Below are positions 37,333 through 51,206 of a stretch of 64,000 bases of DNA, one piece after another. The DNA is from Octopus bimaculoides (lineage: Eukaryota), in contig NC_068990.1 of assembly GCF_001194135.2 (NCBI RefSeq), positions 84,434,738 to 84,498,737 of the forward strand, given 5' to 3'. The number at the start of each line of letters is the position of its first letter. Position 1 is the stretch's first letter. The notes beneath the pieces are model-generated. The model searched no databases. It was not told the origin of the DNA and saw only the letters and a list, made by a program, of their open reading frames with translations. The position numbers were made by a program, and so were the translations under genes.

Positions 37333-38112
37333 TACATAGATACGATAGGTTTCATTCAATTTCCATCTATCAAATCCACTTATTACAATGCTTTGGTTGG
37401 CTGGAGCTATAGCAGAAGACATATAGTAGCCCAAGGTGCCATACAGTGGGACAGAACTTGGAACCATATGGCTGGAAAGCAAACGTTTTAAATACACAGC
37501 CATGTCTGTACCCCAACATACGACAACATGTTGTTGTTGTTGGAAGAGGGGGAGGGGGAGAGGGAGGAGGAGGCAGATCAAGGGAGGATAGGAAGGAGGG
37601 GAGGAGGTGCACTTCTTTCCTGGGACATTATTAACACATATTTTATTGATCATGTCTTGGACAGATAAAAAAGCAAGGTCACCTCAGAATATAAGTATAA
37701 CATAAATATTATTGTAAGGTATTTAGTCTTGTTTTCTGCTGTTTCTGTCACTCCACTGGCTAGGCAGATGCTCCACCAATTATTCATCATCCTTCAATGT
37801 GGTTGAACAACCAATTCCAACCTCTTCATCCTTTCGGTCGTTGAATACGAAACATAACTCACGGGTACTTTATTCAGGTGATTTTCACCATCTACCCTTG
37901 TATACCAATTCATCACAAGGTTATCCATTCACAGCTGAGTGGATAGGTGCAATGCAAAATGAGGTGTTTTGCTCAAAAACACAATGCGTGGCCAGTCCTA
38001 GAACCGAAACCACAATCTCTCTCAATCTTGAGTGCAACACCCTACCACTAAGCCTTGTAATGGTGTGTGGCCTCTGATCATCCCACTCCACAGACTATTA
38101 TACTTTTCATCA

Positions 38113-38512
38113 GGCGTAGGAGTGGCTGTGTGGTAAGTAACTTGCTTCCCAACCACATGATTCCGGGTTCAGTCTCACGGCGTGGCACCTTGGGCAAGTG
38201 TCTTCTACTATAGCCTCGGGCCGACCAAAGCCTTGTGAGTGAATTTGGTAGACGGAAACTGAAAGAAGCCCGTCATATATATGTATATATATATATGTGT
38301 GTGTGTGTGTATGTTTGTGTGTCTGTGTTTGTCCCCCCCAACATCGCTTGACACCTGATGTGTGTTTACGTCCCCGTAACTTAGCGGTTCGGCAAAAGAG
38401 ACCGATAGAATAAGTACTAGGCTTACAAAGAATAAGTCCTGGGGTCGATTTGCTCGACTAAAGGCGGTGCTCCAGCATGGCCGCAGTCAAATGACTGAAA
38501 CAAGTAAAAGAG
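38113..38512 (+). mobile_element. Full-length SINE family B
   Basis: GGCGTAGGAGTGGCTGTGTGGTAAG head, CCGGGTTCAGTC B-box-like motif, CCTTGGGCAAGTG, internal (TA)/(GT)n, tail GACTGAAACAAGTAAAAGAG. Confidence 0.9.
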
Positions 38513-39370
38513 GTAATGTTCCTTTGTAGCACTTTGAAGACAAGGACTGAAAGTTCTACAGAATTTCAATAAGTTGATTTGCAGAATCATTAGAGTATCA
38601 GACACAATACTTTGTGATATTTAGTTACAGCTTTGTGTGTCATGAGTTCAAATCCTCCAAGTGGAAACATAAAGTGATAAAAAGAGATGCAAGAAAGAGT
38701 TTCCTTGTGGCCAAAGATGCTTCTCTTCTTACTTGTGATACCTGAAACTGTATTTGTCTCTACCAAGCTGGACTAGTTAGTCATAAGCAGAAGCACTTAT
38801 TTAGGCCCCCTACTGACTATTCACAGTTACAATCCATTGAACTAGATTACTCTGTTTGTAATAGGATCAGCAGAAGTAAATCTGGGTTGACTTGGCCCAT
38901 GAAATGTCACAATATCAATTTGCAACAGTCTTCACAACTAAATCAAGCATTTTCATGTCATCTGTGTGGAAAAATTTGTAAATCTCTTGCTGAACTAGAG
39001 TCATTTTCAGTCATATAACATACAGATTTTTCCTAACTGTCTTGTTTTAATCTTCAAAGCTTTAAAATTTTACCAACAATCCTGAGTCAAATTCATATAT
39101 AATTGTTGCTTGTTTATTAATTTTTATTAGGTAAATATTTATTTATTTCAATTATTTATCTTTATCTAAACATTTTATTCTGCTTATATATATATAATAA
39201 TAATAAAATTGTAAATATCATTGAAATTGTTAAATTATAGTACATTAATGCTATTTTTTTTTTTTTTGCGTATTACTTGTGGCTGTGTTCTTAGATTTAA
39301 CTAGGCTAAGGTATATGTACTCTGTCAGTTTTGGTATTGGGAAATGTCATACTTGATTAACAAGTCAACA

Positions 39371-39443
<73 letters not shown>

Positions 39444-40719
39444 AATAAAAAGATATGTATATATGTGTACACACACACACACATATATATATATATGATG
39501 GGTTTCTACACAGTCTCTCTCTACCAAATTCACTTACAAGGCATTGGTCAACCCAGACCTATAGTAGAAGACACTTGTCCCAAAGTGCCATGCAGTGGGA
39601 CTGAACCTAAAACTACATGATTGCAAACCAAGCTTCTTAACCATACTGCTATGGTTGCACCTACTTGATGAAAAACATTTTTTTGTTCATTTTCATTCTG
39701 GACTATTGACAAAAGATATTTGGGATTATTTGACCATCATTCCAGTTTTCTGGGACAGAAAAATATTTGCCTTAATATATTTTTTTGATTGTGTATGTTT
39801 CTACTAGATCGCCAGTTGTTACTTTGTTCCCATTTTAGAATGACCACATCAAAGGTAGTAAGAAGCAGTATAAACTACAATGGTGGCAGCAATAATGTAA
39901 ACCATTTAAATGCTTCTCCAAAAGTTTTCAAATGCATAAATAGATTTAAAAAAATAGACAATATGGTATTTGAACAGACAGAAGACTGGGAAGCCCATAC
40001 ACTAACTCTTAAAAGTACAAAAATAGAGCAGTACAAAAAAATGTTCACTTAAATGAGAAAAAATACAAAGAACATTAACAATAGCACCAACGACAAAAAC
40101 GAAAAATCTCATTTTTTGCAAACATTGTGCGAGTGATATGGAGCTCCTCAATATGAGATAGCAACAGGAAAAGAACCAAAATTTGGATGTAGTGTGTCAA
40201 GAAAGATATGTCTTTACACAAAGAGTTTATTCAAGAAAGGGAGCAAGGAGGAAAGTAGCATGTGCTCCCGAAAAAAGAGTTAGTGGGAGTCTTGACTGAT
40301 ATGGTGAAACTTTTGTTCTCTTAACCAGAGCAGGGCATAGAGATGTGAACTAGGTTTTTAACAGTGAAGATGAGGCAAGCAGAAACACATGGTGCTTCAC
40401 ACACCTGTTTGTCCCACACCACATGTATACATATATCCCCTGTTTAATATACATTGTATTTTATTCTCTATTTCAAACCATTGTGGCTAAGAAAGAAATA
40501 ATAATAATGATATCTGCAAATTGCCTTTTATACATCAAGAGGGATAAAAATATGTATCAGTAATAACATGGAAGTGATCAATCAGCTATCCCTGTCCCTA
40601 ACAGATTTGACTTTCTTATTCTTCATTTCTTTCTATGCCTAACTTCAGATTAGTTTTCATTGGGACTGTAAGTTTTGTATGACAACAAATATTTTGAAAG
40701 AAAGCTGAGCATAAGAGGA

Positions 40720-40960
40720 ATATGTAGTGTTCAAGAGAAAAGATTGCACTGAGTACAGCTGTAGAAAGAAGTGCCAATTGCTTAATATGGATATTGTTTA
40801 TGGAAGAGAGAGCCTCATGAAAACATGGGACAAAGCAGTGAAGGCTGATCTCAGGATTTTGAGTCTCATGGGGAACATGACAAGAGACCAAGATGGGAAT
40901 CAATACATGATGCTCAAGAATATCTGCCCATCATGGTGAAATTGAAGTTCTGGAAGCATA
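40720..40960 (+). mobile_element. RTE LINE C-terminal fragment
   Basis: SCRKKCQLLNMDIVYGRESLMKTWDKAVKADLRILSL resembles the GRGRPRKTW..V..DL end of RTE ORFs. Confidence 0.7.
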
Positions 40961-43900
40961 ATGTGTATATACGCAGCTGGACCCTGTTAAACTTTCTCCA
41001 CTACCACTTACCTCTCTATCAATGATCCCTTCATCACTCCCCTAACAATTGAAGTATTCTGCTACAGTAATTAAATGAGAGCAGAACTACATATTTCTTC
41101 ATACTTGTGTTTCCCATTACCTCAAAGCACTTACCTTTCACATTCATCCTTCATTCATAACATTGTCATTTCCCACAAACTTTTTCTGTTGTTCATCCTT
41201 TCTATGTTACCAGTTATGTATATATATATATATATACATATATATCCCTTAAACTGCTTCTGGTTTGTGCCTCTGACCACCTCCACCTCTATTACCATAT
41301 ATCTCTTACTCTCCCAACAGTCTTACAACCTACCCAGCTATCATCTCCCTTTCTCTTGTCCTTTCCCTATTGTATTTTTATTCTGCAGCTCTTCAACCTT
41401 TCTTTACTGCCACTCATTACTCACTCTTCTCTACTTTTCCTCCAACTCATATTCCTCATTGACCACTAGTCCACCTTTGTTCAGCATTCACTAAATTTGT
41501 CCCTACAATCTTACCCCTAACTCTAACCATCCCTCACCTTCCCTAAACACTCATGCAACTTCTACTGAACCATTTCTCCCAATTTTCTGCCACAGCTCTT
41601 TCTTCCACTCACTTTATGGTACCCCAAGAGTATATTCTGACACCTCATCACCACTGTCTTTATTTTTGTCAGCTCCACTCTGATTACTCCTATCACTCTT
41701 ATATATATATTTTTCAAGGTAGTTACATATTTCCTCTAAAACGAGAAACCTATACTAGTCTCTTCATATTTCATATTTTAACCTCCCATTCCCTAACATA
41801 AAGTCACCTCCTTCTCTACAATACTCCCACTCAATCGAGGGTATTTATAATCTTGCAGATTACATGGTGACCTTACTAGTGCTGGTTCCACAAAAAAAAA
41901 ACACTGCACTCTATAAAGTGATTTGCATTTGGAAGGGCATCCAGCAATAGGAACCATGCCAAAGCAGATTGAAGCATGATGCAGTTCTCTGACCTATCAG
42001 ATCCTGTCAAACCATCCAACACATGCCGGGATGGAAGACTAACATTAAATAATGATATGATTATCATCATCATCATCATCATCATCATTTGACATCCATG
42101 TTCCATGCTGACATCTGTTCTATGTATGTATGTCATTATTCAGTTTTATTTCAAGATTTCTTGTCAAAAGAGAAAGAGCCAGTTTCTCACCTAGATCCAA
42201 GGCACTTTCATTGGAATTTCAACATCAACGGGGTATTTTTGTAGGTATGTATGTATATCTGCAGACTTGTATATACTTAAATGATAAACTTCTGGGAGAG
42301 TTTTACAGATTTTTACAGTTCCAGGCTCATTTTAGCTCAAATGAAAAGAATTTACAAATTTCTTTTATGTCTCTTTTGTATTAGATCATTTAAAACCCAA
42401 AGACCTTTTTGCAGAGAAAAAGAGGCTTACAGTCAAGAAAGTGTTACTAAATGTTAAGATCCCAGCCTTCAGTATTGTTAGTGTAAAGAACATCTGACAA
42501 CACAATGTCCCAAATTTGTATGAGAGTAGTACAGTTGATCAACCAGTCCTTTAGAAAGATGAATGGCTAAGTTGACCTTGGCAGAATTAGAACTCACATC
42601 TGGCATTCTACTGCTTCTATTACTGCATAACCTTTGGATAGAGTGTTAATGATGCTTTTTGACATTAGTGCAAGATTCCAAATTTGTATGTTTGGGATAT
42701 AATTAATAGAACTGGTACAGTAAATTATATATATATTGCATAAACTCAAACCAACGTTAAACCGAAATAAATGTACTGGTGTTTTCACTTGTGGGAGGAG
42801 CTTCATGATGCTTACATGCCACAGGCAATATTGTTAAACGCTAGCAATCAACTGTGAGATAGTGACCAAGATGTTGTGAGCATGACAGAGTGCTACTACG
42901 CTACTGACGATCAAGTAATGAGCAATGTCTCAAAAGCATAATTAAAAATTAACAACTCTCATTAATGCAGCTTGCTAAATTTATTCTCATTTTGATTTGG
43001 ACTTAACACGAGGCTGTTAGGTGGAAGGCAGAGGTGTAATCGAATAAAGTAACTCAAGGACGAAACACCAAGTCAACCTTGACAGGATTTCAACAGAGCA
43101 TATGTTGCGCGAAAGATTAAATAAAACACAAATTCATCTCTTCTGCCTTCATTTTCATTTTGAATTCTTGTGACAAAACATAAGGTTAATTTTTGTAGAA
43201 GAGCGAGGGAAATGTGGTTGCTTACATCTATCATTTGAAGATGAACGACCACTAGACACCACTATGAAGGGGAATTTCAACAGAGTAATAAGGGATAAAG
43301 CTAAATACCTTAATGGACTCAGATATTAACGATTTAAATATCGTTCCAACATTAAAACGTTTCTTTGCCGTCATTAACTAAAACAGCAAATATTAGATAG
43401 GTTTGGTCTTTAAAAAAAAATGAAACAAACACAGGCAAAAAGAAAAAAAAAATTTTAATTTTCATGAAATCGTAAAGCATACTGCGCCAAAAAAATTGCA
43501 CTGTGAAAACTTGGCTACCATACAAAACTAAAACAAAAGAACTTGAGGACTATTCCGAGTTTAGCAACAGATTTAATTGCAATTAATTTGTAAAGAAAGA
43601 AAGGCTGTCTACAAACTAAAATGAGAAAATTTTAGGGAAGCCGGTCAGTAGTTGGTGTTCGGGTAAAGCCGGTAATTTTCGTATTCCTGATTTATATCTT
43701 TTACGCCTGAGAAATGTTCGCCCCAAAAAATTATTTTGAAGTTAGAAATGAATATATATATAAACACACGAAATACCGCTCTAATTATCATTATTTCTTT
43801 TTAAATATTCTGTTAGTGACATAAAAAATACGAATATTTACAGGAAGTTGCTCTTTTTAAAAAAATATCTCAATTAGATGGGATTTTTTTTTTATCACAT

Positions 43901-44158
43901 TTTTCCTATTTTACCATTTGTGTTTGGTTTCTTGTAAACGAAAGAAAATGTTTGCACTAACAGGGTCAGTAATATCAGAAGTGTTAGACAAACCTATCAG
44001 GGGAAAATGAGCGACAGACATCTGTATAGTCAAGAGACTGGGTACTTAAAATAAATGCAGCGTCTTTCAATAAATTACACATTTTTTTTAAATGCAGGAT
44101 AAATAAAGACCTAAGAAACTTCTTTCAAAAAATATTCAATGATAAAAATTATATATAC

Positions 44159-44212
<54 letters not shown>

Positions 44213-44238
44213 ATAATGTATATGTATATATAATTCTC

Positions 44239-44257
44239 ATTGGTATCAATGACGTCA
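44239..44257. promoter_or_regulatory. Inverted CCAAT box next to a perfect CRE palindrome, upstream of ARIH1
   Basis: attgg at 44239-44243 and TGACGTCA at 44250-44257, ~1.7 kb upstream of the ARIH1 ATG (distance includes a gap). Confidence 0.35.
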
Positions 44258-44781
44258 TAAACGCTATTATAGCAATGCAGCAAGATTTTGCTAAATTCTC
44301 CCCTGTATATTATTCACCGTAAAAGATATTACACTCTTTGCAGTTTTAAGGTTATATTGCACAACAGGGGGGAAAAATCAATTTCTCTATAGGCAAAGAG
44401 TAAGCATTCGTCGTCAGCTTTTTATCATTTATTTAAACAATAAAGTTTTCATAGCATCTCTCAATGTGTCATCTACTGTGTATTTATTTTGTAAAATTGC
44501 CCCATTTTCTTCGTATAGTTATACAAAACAAAAACCCTGTACACAACATGCACGCCTATACGTATCTCTCATATATGTGTGTGTGTGTATACTCATACAT
44601 GTATAAAAAAAAACATGCATTTATACAGATATGTGTGTGTACACATATGCACGTGCCAATGCAAGAAACTCGGCCTTTGAGTCACTAACTTTTACCGATT
44701 AAATATATATATATATACGCACACATATATTGATGCATGCATATAATATATGGATGCATGGATATATATATATATAAATAA

Positions 44782-44826
<45 letters not shown>

Positions 44827-45964
44827 NNNNNNNNNNNNNNNNNNNNNNNNNNNNNNNNNNNNNNNNNNNNNNNNNNNNNNNNNNNNNNNNNNNNNNNNNN
44901 NNNNNNNNNNNNNNNNNNNNNNNNNNNNNNNNNNNNNNNNNNNNNNNNNNNNNNNNNNNNNNNNNNNNNNNNNNNNNNNNNNNNNNNNNNNNNNNNNNNN
45001 NNNNNNNNNNNNNNNNNNNNNNNNNNNNNNNNNNNNNNNNNNNNNNNNNNNNNNNNNNNNNNNNNNNNNNNNNNNNNNNNNNNNNNNNNNNNNNNNNNNN
45101 NNNNNNNNNNNNNNNNNNNNNNNNNNNNNNNNNNNNNNNNNNNNNNNNNNNNNNNNNNNNNNNNNNNNNNNNNNNNNNNNNNNNNNNNNNNNNNNNNNNN
45201 NNNNNNNNATATATATAAAAGGAAAACAAGTGAAAAAAAAACATTTGCTGCTGTTGTTCTGTAAAATCAGCAGCAGCAGCAAACTGGAAAAAGGAAGCTC
45301 TTTTTTCGGAGGAAAGAAAAACCGGCTTTCTTCTCTCCTCTTAAACAGATTGTATTAAGTTGTAGTATCCTGTAAATGGTGAATCTCTGTCGCCCCTTGT
45401 TAAGGAGTAAATTTTTGTCTCAGATCCGTACACTAAACTAGCGAACACAGAAAAAGAGGAACACACACACAAAGGCCCAGCCGTCAACAAAAGAACCTAA
45501 GGATTATTATTTTTTTAACAACTCCTGCTGAGATACTATCGACTCCAGTCGAACTTCGAGTTCACCCTCACACAACACTCTTCTCTCTCCCTTTCTACTT
45601 AGACACACTTTACTGCTCAACTAGTTACCGGTTCTAATCCCACAAACACATATTTTCCCCTATTTATTTGCAAATATATATAGTGGAATCAGTTTTTTTC
45701 TTCTTCACGTCTCTTCTGCATTCCTTGTTCTTCATTTCAGTCTTCTATTTTAGTTTGTTCTACAAACATACATACATGTAACATGTATGTTGTAACGTTG
45801 GACAAACGTATTCTATTCTAACCAAAATTAAGGTTAACTTGTCTTATGGTGCTGGGGTGATTTCTGTTTCTTTTTTCCCTCTCACAATTCCTCGCCCCAT
45901 CCCCTCCACTCTATCTTGTTTATAAATACAATATCTTCTCTCTCATTCACCCCCACTTTCACTA

Positions 45965-46186
45965 ATGATGGATGACGAGGATATTCTGCTGGACGATGAA
46001 GATCCAGACGGAGGATCTAGTGAAGACAACGACGATGATGAACTGGTCGATTTGGCCATGGAACCGGAGCCGTCCACCACCCAAGAAAAACAGGACGCCG
46101 AGGAATTCCCTTTCGAAGTGTTCAAGACTACCGAAATTGTTCAGCTTATGGTTGATTGTATCAAAGAAGTTAATTCTGTAGTACAG
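45965..46186 (+). CDS. ARIH1: Ariadne-1-like RBR E3 ubiquitin ligase, first coding exon (74 codons); the rest of the gene lies beyond the window
   Basis: Acidic N-terminus MMDDEDILLDDEDPDGGSSEDNDDDELVDL followed by QDAEEFPFEVFKTTEIVQLMVDCIKEVNSVVQ, matching human ARIH1 [32 protein letters not shown] as recalled (ARIH2 differs here). Phase-0 donor CAG|gtgtgc at 46187. I could not find the expected next exon (xPxTxxRILLxHFxWDKEKL) on the + strand before 64000. Confidence 0.9.
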
Positions 46187-46551
46187 GTGTGCTATCATTA
46201 CTATTATTATTATTATTATTATTATTACTCTTACTATTTTACATACACACATTTCATTTTGTAGCTATAGATATGTGTGTGTATGTATATCGTCAATAAA
46301 TGCTGTTCTTATTTTGTGTCGTATTAAAAGACGAAATATAATATAGCCAGTATTATGTATAAGTGTAGGCTAACCCTTGCGGCTAAAAATGCTTTTTAAA
46401 CCTCTCCTTCCTTGCCATAACAAGACAAAATCTTGATTTTTCTTTTTTACGAAAAATAATATTTAAAATTTTTTTCGTATTATAATAAATGGCAGTTTTA
46501 AGACACACATATATATATATATATATATATATTGGAAGGTTTGGAGGTGAT

Positions 46552-46586
<35 letters not shown>

Positions 46587-48051
46587 AATTAGTATTCATA
46601 TTTTTAGTATGTTCATATACTCTATGTATATTATTAATTTCAATGCATATTTTTTTTTTAATTTCTCACCCTATCAAGAAAGTAATCAGCTTTTTTTTTC
46701 TGTAAATTCATAGCAGAAATTATGCCCTAAACGGTTTAATTGATATTATTATTATTAATTCTCTTTTGACCCGTATTTTGTTATATATATATAATTCTTT
46801 TTTTTTTTTTTAATACCCTCTAGAAATGTCGTAACTGAATATATAAATACATGTGACGTGATTTTTTTTTTTATTTTCCACTTCTAATTATACCCATTGG
46901 TTTATAAATATAGTGCGGAGATCATTTTAAATTAACGTTGTGTTACAGACCGATCCCTCACTTTGTGTCACCCCCATCTGACACATTCTCTCTCTATTGC
47001 TGTCTACGTACCTTCTCACCCTCGAATCTGTCAGCCTTACCGTATTGATATTAAATATAATAAATCGTTGATACTACTGTGCGTACTCTAATAAGTCTCA
47101 TTTACTAACTGAAATCAAGATTGCTTGTTTTTCAAATGAACCTAGAAACGGTCAGACATAGGGTCGAGCGTAACTGTGTTTCGCATTCCATTGATTAGTT
47201 AGTACTAATGTAATATGTCTACTATTACTGTTGTTGCTTTTAATCAGTGACGGTTGTTGTACTAGATTTTTCTTTCTTGTCTCTTTCGATTCTTTTTGTA
47301 TGAAGAAGAAAAAGCTTCGGAATGGTTGAGTCTCTTACTAATATCATTCATCATCTGCGATTTCAATACACGTTTACAAACGAAGGCCATAGATTGACAT
47401 TTTACTTTTTAATGTATTAATTGCTGTTACTATTATAAATCTCTGAAGTAATTGTGTTCATGTATCAGCAGAATCCGAGTTGTTCTTTCGTATAATAATA
47501 ATAAAATAATAATAATAATAATAATATATGTAGCAAAAATAGTTTTTAACATGGCGTACGCCATCTGAACTCCTTGTTGGGGGTTTTGTTTTACTCCTTT
47601 CTCCGTCTTACATTGTCCCCTTTTTATATTTGATTTTTTAACAATTCTGTTACTGTATTTTCTGCATTTTGTTCTCAAATTCCTTCTAGGAAACTGACTG
47701 CTACAATTTAGAATTTAGTTTTGTTTTGAAAGTCTTGTTTAAAGAAACCACCAATTCCATCCCAAATAGCCAGTGTGGTATATACTATTGTCACCTCCGT
47801 CTCATCAGCAAATAATTTATCACATCTTATTTCCATTTGTTTACCTCGTCACCTTCATTATATTACACCCTACTGCCTTGTTAGTCTTCCCAATCGGAGT
47901 CCGTTGCCACTTTTTACTGTAATCAACATATGCGTGAGCATTCTTTAAATACTGGGGGCTTGCATTGTATTTCCTTGCACGAAAAATATGTTGCAAACCA
48001 ACTTAACTTGTTTGAGTTCTATATTTGGTTTGCATCTTTATTTAACTGCAT

Positions 48052-48095
<44 letters not shown>

Positions 48096-51000
48096 GTGTG
48101 TGTGTGTGTATTGCTACAACTCATCTTCAAATGCGGTTAATGTTTGGAATTTCGCATTTTACAAGAAACATTCAGTCACACCATTATAGTTTAATTAAAT
48201 ATTTAATCATTTTTTTCCCATATACCCCAGTAGCTAGTTCGATTCACCTTGCTATTGTCTGTAAAAGTTTTAACGAGACCGAGGCATTTTATATATTTAT
48301 ATATATATCCCGTTTGTTACAAGTCTTAACGTATTAATTATAACTCACGTAATAGATTTCTGCACATACAACACTTAACTCTTAGTAATAAGGATTATTG
48401 TTAGTAGTTGCAATAATAATAGTAATAATGGTTTCATATTTTGGCACATAGCCAGCAATTTTTGGTGGGCAAGGGGGATTGGTCGATTACATCCACTCCA
48501 ACACTTTGCTGGTACTTTATTTCATCGACCCCCGAAAAGAAAGAAGGCGAAGTTGACCTCGGCGCGGTTAATCGTTAATTTTTTATTATTATTATTATAC
48601 TTTGGTTGTAGGGATTTGGCTAAGATCGTAAAAGCCTAGCGCATATATATATATATATATGAATCACGTACATATGTACATATGGCTGATGAGAGCGGCA
48701 CGATTTGGATTTATAGGATTCTTGGATTGATGACGGCATCAGTTGATGATAGATTAGGATTGAGACAGTGTTTTTGTTTCTATTCAAATCTGGAAGAAAA
48801 GCCATTCTCTCCCTTTAAATTGTTTGCTAAGTGAAACTTCCCTTGTCATTGTTACGATGGCCGATTGTTCTTTCTCTATTCATCAAGAATCGAATTTATA
48901 CACACACACATACACACACATATATATGTTTCCCGGTCACCACGTTTATTTATTTATTTTTTTACACTAGTCCGGAACAACGGTTCATGAGATACTCATT
49001 GGGGGCTTTCGAGGGAGGGTGAGAGGGGTTGGCGGTGGTGGTGCTATTTTCAATTTCTTAAAAACATTTGCGTTAGCTTTTCATTCACTTTTACCTGGAC
49101 TGCTCAACGAAATTTTGTCTCCTCTTATATTTGTTTTATTCGTTGGTTTTGTTAGCTTCTAATGACCGAAATATAGTACAGTCCGAAGACTTTGCAGATG
49201 AAAAAAATCTTTTTTTTTTTCTCTATTTATAATGTTAACAAAACTTGAAATGTAATATACATATATATATATATAAACTGTATCATGTTTCTCATATCTT
49301 GAAGGTTTCCTTCTAAATGCATTTAAAAGCTGCTGTTTTCCACATTTTTTTTTACTAACATGCAGAAACAACCAACCGGTTTGTATATGTGTGTATATAT
49401 ACATTACATACACTTGCATGGTCCTATGTATATTTATTAAATGTAACCCGTCTATTCTCTCAACCAGCCACTTAATAGTTATAACAGTTTTCTGTTCATT
49501 TTGCTATCCGTCATTTAAAATTTGCATTTCGCTCTGACTAAACGCCAGACGCAGTACTATTTTAAATTATTACTTCAGTTCTAGACGTCCTCTTAACTAA
49601 TAAACTACTATTTATATCTAAAGAGCAAGGAGGAGGAGGAATCTATTTTTATTTTATTAAAAAATTTCCGTATATATTATGAACAAAAGGGGGGGAAATA
49701 CTTTTCTGGATGTTATATCTTTCAAAGCGTGTGTCAAGGCAGTGTGTGTGTGTTTTATATTACATTCACTTTTTAATTAAAACCCATTTCTTCAGTCCTA
49801 CAAATCAATCGTCTAATTTAGTGATGACTAATATTTAACCGGATTGTGTGTGTGTATGTGTCAACCTATCGAATATTTAGAAAAGTGAGATAAACACTTA
49901 TCTCTTAAAGCTTATGAGTGAAGTCTGTTATTTTTTAAAATTTGTGCCACCCCCACCCCTTTTTATACGTACGTTTGTGTGTGTTTATATTTTAGTAAAC
50001 TACAATTAGACCCCTACTATATAGCGTTATGTTTGTATCCGAATGAATATTGTTCGTACTTAAATCATAAAATACTGGTTTTATATTTATGTATTTGTTT
50101 TGCAAGATTCTTGATGTGAAATCGTTTATTGAAACCACATTGTTATATTTGGGGACGGTCGCCTTTTGCCAATTAAACACACGCACTGTTTATGTGATAT
50201 TCACTTTTTTTAGCGTTGGAATAGACTGGACAAAAGGATACGAGAGGGACAGAAAGTCGTTGAAGAGGGTCACAATGTGTGACGAAAGTACTCGGACAAA
50301 TAATAATATTAAATTTGAAGTGAAGATCAAATAAATAGTACATGTGTTCAATTAGCAAAAGATGACTGTCCCCAAATATAACAAACACTAGTTTTATTAA
50401 CTGTCCTCATTCCCTCCCTGACTTTTATATGCAAGTTAAATCTAACTGGGATGAGCCGAGACACGAGTTGTATAAATGACAACATGATAATTTTTTTGGT
50501 CTTGTTACTTGAGCGTAAAACCTTGGATTTAAAAAACATTTTTTTTTATAAGAAATTATGTTTGCCCTTTTGTCTTGATCATGAGAGAGAGAGCACAGAT
50601 GAAATGCCTAAAGCCATGTGCTAAAGCCGGCTCAGGCGGCGACAGGCCAAACTAATCGGGAACCTACTTTTCTAGGTGACAGTTTTTGTGAATGTATTGA
50701 ATAATAAATATGGGAGTGATGGTATTTCCTAAAAAAAAGTGGTGGGGAGAAAAGATTGAATTATGAATTCATTTGTAAGATGTCTCGACATGGTCAAGGA
50801 AACCCTTACATAACTCTATTCCTTTAAAAAGGAAGGCTTCTGTATACTATCCAATAAAAGAAAAAGACAGGCTGGCTATGGTAGGAGTGGTTTTGATTGT
50901 AGATCTGACAACAACCGCTATGCATTTAGGATTATTGTTGAACTTGCACTTATGAAACAGGACTAATTTTTCAAAATCTATTGAACAAATTAATGTTGCA

Positions 51001-51147
51001 TAAAGTAGAAAGCATCCTAAATTAGTCAGAGAGTTGTGGTTGTGAGTAGAGCATTCAGTTGTGTTGGATGTCTTTATCTTTAGTCCAGTGTAATCTTCAC
51101 AAACATTATGACTCATATACTGTTGCACTGAAAACAAGGAAAATCTG

Positions 51148-51206
51148 ATTTATCTGTTTCCCTTATAGTTTTTATTTATCTGTTTCCCTTATAGTTTTTA
51201 TTTATC
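51148..51206. repeat. 26-bp tandem duplication (ATTTATCTGTTTCCCTTATAGTTTTT x2.3)
   Basis: Exact copies at 51148-51173 and 51174-51199, plus a 7-nt partial. Confidence 0.9.

Noticed and set aside
42760-42935. snoRNA- or miRNA-like hairpins
   Set aside because: No proper C/D boxes at the termini, no ANANNA plus ACA pair at the right spacing, and pairing too irregular for a pre-miRNA.
44151-44235. AT-rich palindrome (possible cruciform) upstream of ARIH1
   Set aside because: Mostly (TA)n, which is self-complementary by nature and ubiquitous in this window.
45943-46252. Overlapping ORFs on the opposite strand and in other frames
   Set aside because: Shadows of the ARIH1 coding exon.
47433-47490. 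Minus-strand peptide ERTTRILLIH resembling the start of ARIH1 exon 2 (TITRILLSH)
   Set aside because: Wrong strand, no WDKEKL continuation, and flanked by an (AAT)n tract; treated as chance.
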